Virus record (IMG/VR): IMGVR_UViG_3300050581_000202 | Length of the DNA stretch: 22,700 bases | Strand: one strand, 5' to 3' | From: a virus | Lineage: Duplodnaviria; Heunggongvirae; Uroviricota; Caudoviricetes | In this document: positions 8,726 to 16,117 of the stretch, one piece after another | Numbering within the stretch: position 1 is the first letter of the stretch | Layout of the letters: every line of letters starts with the position of its first letter | Made by a program: the position numbers and the translations under genes | Notes under the pieces: model-generated | Told to the model about the DNA's origin: nothing | What the model saw: only the letters and a program-made list of their open reading frames with translations | Database searches by the model: none

Positions 8726-9625
8726 ATGTCCCAGGTCATCAAGGGTAGCTGCCCGATGTGTTACGTTGCGGTCTATCTCTGTGGTATTCTGTCACAGTGT
8801 GTGCTTCTGACCGGATGTCAACCGGAAAGCAAGAAACCGCCGGAAGGGCAGACGGCACATTCAGTGTCGCAAGGCCATCCTATTCCGGCCCCGTCGAACA
8901 CGTCGAACGCCGAGACCTCTGGGCCGGAGTTGCACAGGACATTCACTAACACTGCGAAACTCTACGTGGACTCAGTGCCGGCCGGCGCAGACGTCTACGT
9001 GGAAACGCCTGAGCAGCCGAGACAGACAGATGAGTCGGGGAATCTGAAGTCGCAGGGCAAGACGCCGCTCACGCTTGACGTTCCGGAACGGCGAGAGGTG
9101 AAGGTTGCGATCGTGTGGGAAATGAAGGAGTACATCACCAAGGTCAAGCACCTCCCTTCCATGGACGGTTGGACCACACGATTCAGTGCCCCTCGGCCAT
9201 TTGGACAGAGCCCACTTGCTGCTTGGGACTATTTCTCGTTTGACACCTCGCAGACATGGGTCGTCCAATCGAAAGGGAATGAGATTCTCGCTCTTGGGCC
9301 CGTTTACAGCCTCGACGACTTTCCCGGCAACCGCTTGTGCGCCCTGTTTATCCCGCGAGGAATCAAACCATCCACGTTCCATAGCCTCATGCCAAATCCC
9401 GACTCATTCGAGATCGACTTTGCTGGATGGAAGAGGGACCTTCGCTATCGCGGCCTCTCGGAGGACCAAGCGATTGAAGCGGTTGAATGCCTGCGCCGTT
9501 GCGGTAAGTATGTAGCTATAGTCAAGGATCGGTCAAACCCCAACAAGAGCGTCTTGGTGGCGAGCACAGCACAGAGAACCAGTCCGCCTCGCTTCTTGAC
9601 GCAGACTCGTGTTCTCGACCATTAG
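8726..9625 (+). CDS. Lipoprotein with PEGA-like domain (299 aa)
   Basis: GGAGGT RBS at 8715-8720, ATG at 8726; lipobox LTGC. LYVDSVPAGADVYV...GKTPLTLDV is the PEGA pattern. C-terminal part unassigned. Confidence 0.7.
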   Translation: MSQVIKGSCPMCYVAVYLCGILSQCVLLTGCQPESKKPPEGQTAHSVSQGHPIPAPSNTSNAETSGPELHRTFTNTAKLYVDSVPAGADVYVETPEQPRQTDESGNLKSQGKTPLTLDVPERREVKVAIVWEMKEYITKVKHLPSMDGWTTRFSAPRPFGQSPLAAWDYFSFDTSQTWVVQSKGNEILALGPVYSLDDFPGNRLCALFIPRGIKPSTFHSLMPNPDSFEIDFAGWKRDLRYRGLSEDQAIEAVECLRRCGKYVAIVKDRSNPNKSVLVASTAQRTSPPRFLTQTRVLDH

Positions 9626-9824
9626 CCGACCGTCAACGTGTGTTCGAGGAATTCCGCCGCGACCGCGATCATCAACCGGTCGTTGGGCGTGTCGGGCCGG
9701 AACTCACGGGTCTCGGGCCGAGTTTGGTAGCCGAAGCTCGGGGCCAGTCGCTCGTAGGTCTCGTGGAATAGCTTGGCCAACTCTACCGGCGACAGGTTAC
9801 AGGCCGCTCCTGTGATTCCCAGAA

Positions 9825-10136
9825 TCAGATCATGCCCGACATGATCTTGTCGCAGAAGCTCGCCGACACGCCCCGCAGCCAGAGGCTTGCGAACAAGGCG
9901 GCGGCCTTGCGGGCGATGATCTCGCTCGTAGGGCCGATATGGATGGCCCCGTGCTTCCAGTGAAAGCCCCAGCCAGCGAACTCACATGCTCGATGCTTGT
10001 TGCCGTTGCCGTCCACCAATTCGTCGCACCACTCGACGGTGACGCCGTTCTCCTTCAACACGGCGTCGTAGTCCCAGCCATCGGGCTTGCCGTCCTTCCA
10101 GTCGTCCAGTGGCGGGAGGGAGTTGCAGCGGTTCAT
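9825..10136 (-). CDS. Hypothetical protein (103 aa), last gene of the helicase operon
   Basis: High-GC3 codon usage like its neighbours; starts 29 nt after the previous stop on the same strand. Confidence 0.65.
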   Translation of the reverse strand: MNRCNSLPPLDDWKDGKPDGWDYDAVLKENGVTVEWCDELVDGNGNKHRACEFAGWGFHWKHGAIHIGPTSEIIARKAAALFASLWLRGVSASFCDKIMSGMI

Positions 10137-10165
10137 GGAATCTTAGTCCAGCGGCAGACACGTGA

Positions 10166-10756
10166 TTACGCGGCGCAGTTCTGCCGGCGATTGCGGAACA
10201 CGAACGTCCCCATGACCGTCCGCGAGCGGTGCCCGGTCCCATCATACAGGTAGCAACGGCCGTCGTAACCCCAGCCGCTCCGCATCGCGTGCCGAAACTG
10301 TTGACATTGGCCCAAGCGTCGGAGAACGTGGTCGGGATCGCAGCGGTAACCCCGGTGCTCCATGATAAAGTTGGCGATGAGCACGGCGGCAAATGGCTCA
10401 AGAAGGTGGAGGACGCGGGCGATGTAGTCCGCGGCCGTGTCCACTGTCTGGAGCAGGTCGGCGTTGACTAGGCTCGGGTTGAAGCCTTCGCATCCGCGCA
10501 TCACCTGGAAGAAGTCGCCGTGGTGCCAGGCTAGGTTCGGCCAGGCCGCCACGTTGGCGTCGTGGATGTCGCGGTTGATCTCGACGCCGTGGAATTGCTC
10601 GGGCCGGATGAAGCCGGCTTTGAGTATCTGGTCCACCTCGCAGCCCTGGCTCGTCGAGAGTCCGGCCATCGACCAATACTGGTTGGCGACAGGGCCGTTA
10701 GCCAAGATCGTCTCGATGCGTGCGGCTTGCTTCTTCGGGCAGGACCAGGTTTTCAT
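10166..10756 (-). CDS. SAM-dependent methyltransferase-like (Rossmann) protein with atypical motif I (196 aa)
   Basis: ATG at 10756 overlaps the upstream TGA (ATGA). Motif II-like FHGVEIN, motif III-like WHHGDFF, then LVNADL. No GxGxG and no NPPY/DPPY/PC motif seen. Confidence 0.6.
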   Translation of the reverse strand: MKTWSCPKKQAARIETILANGPVANQYWSMAGLSTSQGCEVDQILKAGFIRPEQFHGVEINRDIHDANVAAWPNLAWHHGDFFQVMRGCEGFNPSLVNADLLQTVDTAADYIARVLHLLEPFAAVLIANFIMEHRGYRCDPDHVLRRLGQCQQFRHAMRSGWGYDGRCYLYDGTGHRSRTVMGTFVFRNRRQNCAA

Positions 10757-12024
10757 GGCTTCAAGTGCGCAAAGAGTTTGGGATGCTTTCGCATTGCAGC
10801 GTAGAGGCCCCAATACCCGTGCGTCTGGAGCCAGTATGGTCTCGGTAGTTTGCCGTGCTGTTTCACCAGCTTTTCCGCTTCCGCTAACCATTTCCGAGGC
10901 GTGCGGCGACGGCTCTTATTCTTTCGCGGAAAGACACCGAATCGTTCGGGGTATTTCCGTATGGCCGAATACAGGCTCCCGTATCCGTGCGTTTGCAACC
11001 ATCGTGCGCCCGGTAGCTTTCCGTATTGTTTGACCAGGCCGCGAGCATCCTGGACGTGTCGGTCCAGCCTAGTTTGGAACTCGCGTCGTTGTGCAATGTG
11101 GGCGAAGGCGTCGGGGCGTCTGTTTCGTGCTTGGATCAGTGCGGCGTAGCCATGCTTGATAAGCCAGGAGCAGGTGGGAAGCTGCCCGTACCTTTTCGCT
11201 AGTGTCTCGGCTTCCTTGACGTGCGCCGCAATTCCTTTTCCTCCTTTGTAGTCCTGCTTGATGTGAGAAAACTCCTCTGGGTTATGGGCGATGCAGCGGG
11301 CCAGTGCGGCGTGGCCGTGTATACGAAGCCAAGTGCGATGCGGCAATCGTCCGTGCTTCTTTTCGAGACGTTCGGCCTCTTCAATATGCTCGGCACGCGA
11401 CTTTCCCTTCTTTGTTGCTTGCTTGATTTTCGCAAAAGCTGCCGGGTACTTGCGCATCATGTTGTATAGATCACCATGTCCATGCTTGAGCAGCCAGAAG
11501 CAGTGCGGCAATTCGCCATATTTCCTTGCAAGTTGCTTTGCAGCCCGAACATGCTCCACAAGGGTCTTGATACCTTTGGCGCGCCGAATATGGGCGAACG
11601 CTGATGGCTCCCTGTACAGTGCGTGGATAAGTGCGTCTTGACCGTGTGCCCTCAGCCAAGATGTATGGGGCAAAGCGCCGTACCTCTGTGCCAATCGTTC
11701 AGCGGCTTCGACGTGCTTGGCAATGCTCCTTCGCCGGGTCTCCTGGTGAATATGGGAGAACGCATCAGGACGCCGTTGCATCGCACCAACGAGATCGCAA
11801 TGGCCGTGGGCTTTGAGCCAAGTGTAGTGCGGCAGCTTTCCGTGTTTCTTCATCAAGCGTTCTGCCGTGCGGACGTGCGCCGTAATGGATTCTCCGCGTG
11901 GCTTGATGTCTTGTTGCAGATGCGCGAACGCTTCGGGGTGCTTCCACATCATTTTGCGGAGGCAGCCGTATCCATTCCGAATGAGCCAGGCAGGGCTGGG
12001 AACTTTCCCCAAGACTTTTTTCAT
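10753..12024 (-). CDS. Basic protein built of tandem ~54-55-aa His/Trp-containing helical repeats (423 aa)
   Basis: ATG at 12024 overlaps the helicase TGA (ATGA), with GAGGGG RBS. Repeats are visible in the translation. Confidence 0.85.
   Translation of the reverse strand: MKKVLGKVPSPAWLIRNGYGCLRKMMWKHPEAFAHLQQDIKPRGESITAHVRTAERLMKKHGKLPHYTWLKAHGHCDLVGAMQRRPDAFSHIHQETRRRSIAKHVEAAERLAQRYGALPHTSWLRAHGQDALIHALYREPSAFAHIRRAKGIKTLVEHVRAAKQLARKYGELPHCFWLLKHGHGDLYNMMRKYPAAFAKIKQATKKGKSRAEHIEEAERLEKKHGRLPHRTWLRIHGHAALARCIAHNPEEFSHIKQDYKGGKGIAAHVKEAETLAKRYGQLPTCSWLIKHGYAALIQARNRRPDAFAHIAQRREFQTRLDRHVQDARGLVKQYGKLPGARWLQTHGYGSLYSAIRKYPERFGVFPRKNKSRRRTPRKWLAEAEKLVKQHGKLPRPYWLQTHGYWGLYAAMRKHPKLFAHLKP
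10756..12024 (-). repeat. Protein-level tandem repeat: 7 full units plus 1 N-truncated unit, consensus HVxxAExLxKxxGxLPxxxWLxxHGxxxLxxAxxxxPxAFxHI
   Basis: Example units: HVRTAERLMKKHGKLPHYTWLKAHGHCDL, HVEAAERLAQRYGALPHTSWLRAHGQDAL, HIEEAERLEKKHGRLPHRTWLRIHGHAAL. Diverged at DNA level. Confidence 0.95.
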
Positions 12025-13766
12025 GCAGCTAGCTCCCCTCTCGCGTTTCGAGCGGCCAACTCTTCCGCCATCAACACGCACTCTTCCAACGTGTGATCCT
12101 CGCGGCTGATCACCTTCCGCAACTCCTGGAAGGTCATGGTTCCGCAAAGGCCCGATGCCAGCGTCAGCAGTCCCTCGCTCAGATCGGTCTTCTTCAAGAC
12201 CTCGAAGGGGACATCAAGGCGAAGCCCCTTCAGCTTCCGGGTGACAAGGGCGTGCTGCCGCCAGAGTTTTCGCCAGACCTGCTCCCACTCCGCGTTCGGA
12301 ATGTCGTACTCGGCCAGGACGGATGGGGCCAATCGCCACGATTGGTCATAGTCCCGGCCGTTGGCGGCGACGAGGAAATCGCGGGAGAGCGATTGCCAGG
12401 TTTCGGTGTCCGTGACAGTTTCGATCAGACGGTCAGTGCGGTCACGTTTGCTTTTCTTCGGGACGCTGGATAGCGGGATCGGCAGGAACACGTCTTCCAG
12501 TAGCATGGCCGAAAAAACCACCGTGAGGATCGCGTTGCGCTGGTCCTTGAACCGCTTGCTGTTGGGAACGGCCGCCGGCAGGATTTGATAAACCTCGGCG
12601 TGCGTCTTGCCCTCGGCCCGCCGGAAAAGCCGGCCGATCATCTGGATCAATTCCGGGATGGAATGGCGCTCGCCGAGGATGATCGAGCGTTCGGCCTCGG
12701 GCCAGTCGAAGCCCTCCTTGCAGGTGTCCAGTGCGATGATGATGTCCACGTTGCCGCCGTCGTCCAGATAGGCTTTTCGGGCGTCCCGTCCCTTCTCCGT
12801 GACCAGATCGAGCACCTTCAGGTCGCCGACCAGGATCAATTCGCCCTGACGGCGGATGCGCGCGTTGAGCCGCTTGCTGATTCGGCGGACGACCTGCTTG
12901 ACTTCCACGTACTTGCACCGCCCGGCGTAGCGGCTGTTGCGCTTGGCCAGGTAAAGGATCGTCGGGCGCGGCTTGGCGAAAATCGAGTCCAACGCCTTGA
13001 GCGTGTCCCCGGCGATGATGTTGAACTCGAAAGATTCGACCGGCTGGACTTCCTCGAAATAGAGATCGTAGGGTATTTTGACGTGGGTGAACGTGGCCAG
13101 CATTTTGTCTGGCAGGATGTGGCGTGCGTCGCCTCGCATGTAGGTCGCGGTCGCCAGGCCGACGTGGTTGCCATGCGTCAGGCAATAGGTCGCCAGCGCC
13201 CCAAGGGAGTTGCTTACGGTGCCGTTGCCCTCCGCGATCTGGGCATTCTTGACGTGGTGGCCCTCGTCGATCCAGAGCACCAGGTCCTTCAGCAGCCCGA
13301 GCTGGCGGCGTTCTTTGAGCCGTTTATACGCATGAGCCAGCGTGGCGTGAGTGCAAACGAGGACGCGATCGCCGAGCGACTTGTGCCCGCCTTGGAGGAA
13401 GCGGATCAAGCCGGCGACGGTTCCGGCCGCCTGTTTGTGGCAGAGGTTGTGCTGGACGATCCAATCGACCAGCCGCCCGGCGATCCGTAGCTTCCAGTCG
13501 CGGGCGAACCCGCGAGCGATCAGAGTTTGCGGCACGGCGATGATGCACCGCAGGCTCGGGTTTCGGAGCAGTTTGTAGAGTACAAGGGATGCAATTATCA
13601 GGCTCTTGCCCCAACCGGTTGGCGCTTGGAGCACGACGCGCTCCTTATCTTTCATGGCGGCGAAGGCTCGGGCCTGCGAGCGGCGGAGTGTGGGCTTCGT
13701 CGGTTCAGTGATCGCCAGCGGATTCGTCTGGACCCATTTGCCGGAGAAGAGCGTCTGCGATTTCAT
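12021..13766 (-). CDS. Superfamily 2 (DEAD/DEAH-like, ResIII-type) helicase/ATPase (581 aa)
   Basis: Motif I APTGWGKS, Ia AVP, II WIDEGHH, III TAT(YMRGD), V KEGFDWP, VI QMIGRLFR. No nuclease domain seen. Confidence 0.92.
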   Translation of the reverse strand: MKSQTLFSGKWVQTNPLAITEPTKPTLRRSQARAFAAMKDKERVVLQAPTGWGKSLIIASLVLYKLLRNPSLRCIIAVPQTLIARGFARDWKLRIAGRLVDWIVQHNLCHKQAAGTVAGLIRFLQGGHKSLGDRVLVCTHATLAHAYKRLKERRQLGLLKDLVLWIDEGHHVKNAQIAEGNGTVSNSLGALATYCLTHGNHVGLATATYMRGDARHILPDKMLATFTHVKIPYDLYFEEVQPVESFEFNIIAGDTLKALDSIFAKPRPTILYLAKRNSRYAGRCKYVEVKQVVRRISKRLNARIRRQGELILVGDLKVLDLVTEKGRDARKAYLDDGGNVDIIIALDTCKEGFDWPEAERSIILGERHSIPELIQMIGRLFRRAEGKTHAEVYQILPAAVPNSKRFKDQRNAILTVVFSAMLLEDVFLPIPLSSVPKKSKRDRTDRLIETVTDTETWQSLSRDFLVAANGRDYDQSWRLAPSVLAEYDIPNAEWEQVWRKLWRQHALVTRKLKGLRLDVPFEVLKKTDLSEGLLTLASGLCGTMTFQELRKVISREDHTLEECVLMAEELAARNARGELAA

Positions 13767-13833
13767 AGTAGTGTGCCCTGAAGGTGTGACAGTGGTAGGC
13801 CAAAGCCTTGACCGCCGTAGCGGTCCAATGCAA

Positions 13834-14097
13834 TCAGTCCAAGTTCAGTTCACGGAGCAGCTTCACCAGCACGTCGCCGTGGCACGCCTCGGGCTTGCAG
13901 TGGCAGCCCAGCCGCTTCCCGGCCAGTTCGGGCAAGGCGGCCAAGAGATCGGGGCATCGGCGGAGGTGAATCTCGTATAGCTTTATGACCAGCTCGCGGT
14001 CCCTATCCCGGCCGATCAGGAACGGGTTTCCCCACTTCGACGGCCGGGCGATCAGCACGTCGTATTCTTCGTGGTGGAGGTTGACGACTCGGGTCAT
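13834..14097 (-). CDS. DUF4326 domain protein (87 aa)
   Basis: Signature RPSKWGNPF and LGCHCKPEACHGDVL. ATG overlaps the sigma-factor stop (ATGA). Confidence 0.9.
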   Translation of the reverse strand: MTRVVNLHHEEYDVLIARPSKWGNPFLIGRDRDRELVIKLYEIHLRRCPDLLAALPELAGKRLGCHCKPEACHGDVLVKLLRELNLD

Positions 14098-14945
14098 CTC
14101 ACGCCGCCTGAAGCACGTTTGACGCCGGGTATCGGCTCCTTGCGGCTTCGGGCACTCTCAGACGTAGGAGTCGGCCATCCTCCTCGCGGTAAAGCCAAGA
14201 GCGGTCGGGGTTGGATGGAGGGGATACCGCAAGCGTCCCTTCTTTGTGGCGGCTCAGGGGCTCCTCGTCGATTGCCAGACGACAATTCGCTGCGACCGGC
14301 CAGATCATCAGCGATTGCCATTCCCTTGAGCCGCCGCCGGGCACTGCGGACCCGCGACCAGGTGGTGCTTTCTGACAGGTTCAGGGCCTTGGCCGCCGCC
14401 GGTATCGTGTACTCTTTCAGGTCTACCAGTCGCAGGGCCTCGGCCTCGGGCGGCGGCAGTCTTTCGACATACTCCTCCGCCTCGATGCAGGCTTGCTGCC
14501 GGGCCGGCGCACATTTTGGGTCTTCAAGGCTGTTGCAGCCGATGTCGTGGCCGTCGCCGTCGTAATCGCCGCTCGGTCCGCAGTCGCTGTCCCAGGAGAT
14601 CGTCCTGTGGTGGTCTCGCATTTGGGCCGTAGCCTTTTCGACGTGCTTGAGGAGATACCTCTTGGCCGCCTTGTGGAGCAGGCCGTTAACCGACCTGACC
14701 GGCGCGCGGCAGCGCATCACTGACTTGAAAACGTTTTGCAGGATGTCCTGAACAGCGTCGGTGGTTACGCCCCGTCCTTCGAACTTCGTTTCGATCTGCC
14801 GGCGGAGGAATCGTCGCAGGCCAGGGACGAGCCGATCATGGAGCACTTGAAACGCCTCGTGGTCCTGGTGCTGGTGCCATCGGTTGAGCAGGGCTTCGTT
14901 GCTTTCCTCTTTTGCGGGCTGGTCCAGATTGGTCGGCTTTTCCAT
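14094..14945 (-). CDS. ECF-type RNA polymerase sigma-70 factor with low-complexity C-terminal extension (283 aa)
   Basis: Probable ATG at 14945 (GGAG/GAGG upstream). Region 2 (EAFQVLHDRL...DAVQDILQNVF) and region 4 (ERLPPPEAEALRL...AAAKALNLSESTTWSRVRSARRRLK). Confidence 0.85.
   Translation of the reverse strand: MEKPTNLDQPAKEESNEALLNRWHQHQDHEAFQVLHDRLVPGLRRFLRRQIETKFEGRGVTTDAVQDILQNVFKSVMRCRAPVRSVNGLLHKAAKRYLLKHVEKATAQMRDHHRTISWDSDCGPSGDYDGDGHDIGCNSLEDPKCAPARQQACIEAEEYVERLPPPEAEALRLVDLKEYTIPAAAKALNLSESTTWSRVRSARRRLKGMAIADDLAGRSELSSGNRRGAPEPPQRRDACGIPSIQPRPLLALPRGGWPTPTSESARSRKEPIPGVKRASGGVR
14099..14308 (-). CDS. Possible 69-aa protein (MIWPVAANCR...) overlapping the sigma C-terminal extension in another frame
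   Basis: ATG at 14308 with AAGGGA upstream, starting just after the sigma region 4 ends. Its stop lies 1 nt before the DUF4326 ATG. Looks more protein-like than the sigma tail. Confidence 0.4.
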   Translation of the reverse strand: MIWPVAANCRLAIDEEPLSRHKEGTLAVSPPSNPDRSWLYREEDGRLLRLRVPEAARSRYPASNVLQAA

Positions 14946-15498
14946 AAAATCCTCATCTCCAGACGCGACTCGGTGATGGCACGAGGTAGGGGCGTGGCTA
15001 CCTGCCCCGCATACTTTCCCTGATCCTCGCCATGAAAACATGCGCTACGGTTTGCCTGCCAGCGGGCATCAGTTCAATTCTTTTGAGGAAAAATCTACTG
15101 AGCCGCTGCATGGCTTCCTCGGACTGTGCGAGGCCGTCAAAGCGGGCGAACAGACACCCGAAGCTGCGTAGGGTTCCGGGTTTTTGTCGCTTAGAGAGGT
15201 AGGACCGGACGGCGAAACGAATCTGGCGCACAGCTTCGCCTGTTTCGCTATATTTCCCAGTTTCACTTGCCGTCGGCGCTGCTTATGACGGTCGCGCCGG
15301 CGTCGACTCGTCTTAATGCGAGCGAAGGAGAGGGATAGCGCCATCCCAAGAGAGTCGTGGGGACGTTGGTTGACTCCCCGCCGGGAGCCGGTATCTTGAA
15401 GAGAGTCGAGGGCGCCCAACAACGGGCCGGGACCGAGGCTCGTACCGGCTAGGTTGCCGTGCTCGATGTTGGACGTCTGTTGGGCGCGGCGTGAGAGC

Positions 15499-15592
15499 CA
15501 ACTAGGTCGAAGACCTAGCGCGAGCCATCGAAAGCGCGCCCAACAATCTTGTTCGGGAAATCGTCGAGTCAACTAGGTCACAGACCTAGCGC
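15499..15592. repeat. Two 23-bp direct repeats CAACTAGGTC-N3-GACCTAGCGC (15499-15521, 15570-15592), each holding the palindrome CTAGGTC-N3-GACCTAG
   Basis: Read directly: caactaggtcgaagacctagcgc and caactaggtcacagacctagcgc, period 71 bp. Confidence 0.9.
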
Positions 15593-15789
15593 CCGCCGCA
15601 CACGGCCGATTTGCCCTATTAGGCTGTAAGACTAGGATTAGCAGGGGTTTGAGACACGCGCCAGGCATATATCCTAGCGCGATTTGCGCCCAACAAATGT
15701 CCAACACATGAAGTCAGAATGAGGCGTTTTGAGGGGGACTGAACGGGAGTGCCAAAGAACGTAAGTACAAGCCACGTAACGCAATAGAT

Positions 15790-15813
15790 TTATCCACAAG
15801 GAGTTGTGAAAAG
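15790..15813. promoter_or_regulatory. Pair of inverted DnaA boxes: TTATCCACA (perfect) and TGTGAAAAG (8/9)
   Basis: TTATCCACA at 15790-15798 and a reverse-strand near-match at 15805-15813, 6 bp apart. Function not shown. Confidence 0.5.
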
Positions 15814-15825
15814 TAGACGCTCCTC

Positions 15826-15879
15826 TTGAGGGCCTAGTGGCCGCAAGGCCGTGCAGGTTCAAGTCCTGTTTCCCGCACC
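15826..15879 (+). pseudogene. 3' half of tRNA-Leu(GAG): att-site fragment, not an intact tRNA
   Basis: Loop TT-GAG-GG, 3' anticodon strand CCTAG, long variable arm GGCC-GCAA-GGCC, T-arm GCAGG-TTCAAGT-CCTGT, acceptor strand TTCCCGC-A-CC. The upstream sequence (TCCTC; CAAGGAG) cannot form the anticodon stem or a full acceptor stem. Confidence 0.8.
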
Positions 15880-15888
15880 TTGCTACAT

Positions 15889-15922
15889 AAGGACTTACGT
15901 CGATTCGGCGTGAGTCCTTTTT
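15889..15922 (+). terminator. Rho-independent terminator downstream of the tRNA 3' fragment
   Basis: AAGGACTTACGTCG-ATT-CGGCGTGAGTCCTT hairpin (14 bp with G:U pairs) ending in a T run. Confidence 0.75.
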
Positions 15923-16117
15923 CTTGCGCCTTGCAAATATAGCAAGTTTCTATCAAGCTGTATTGTATAGTTGTAGTAAGGCGTTGCGGCGATTCCGAAG
16001 GGTCGTTGCAGCTTCGCAGGGAGGCCGTGTAGCAGCCAGCCAGTCGTCTCGCTCGCCTGCCCCATCTACGTCCACTTGCTGCTCTGCCGAGCCCGCACCG
16101 ACTTGATAGGACTTGAT

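Noticed and set aside
10166-10756. DNA methyltransferase of a restriction-modification system
   Set aside because: No NPPY/DPPY or PC catalytic motif and no target-recognition domain visible; only a generic SAM-binding-like fold is supportable.
12015-12024. A-AAA-AAG slippery heptamer fusing the helicase to the repeat protein
   Set aside because: The heptamer lies immediately after the helicase TGA, so ribosomes in that frame stop before reaching it.
14998-15572. ORFs 14998-15231 and 15069-15572 on the minus strand
   Set aside because: No recognisable motifs, poor RBS, Arg/Ser/Pro-rich shadow-type composition; the region looks regulatory.
15499-15592. Mini CRISPR array
   Set aside because: Only two 23-bp repeats, with internal mismatches in the loop and no cas genes nearby; better explained as protein-binding sites.
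15799-15880. Intact tRNA-Leu(GAG) gene
   Set aside because: The 5' anticodon strand (TCCTC) cannot pair with CCTAG and only 4 of 7 acceptor pairs form; reported as an att fragment instead.
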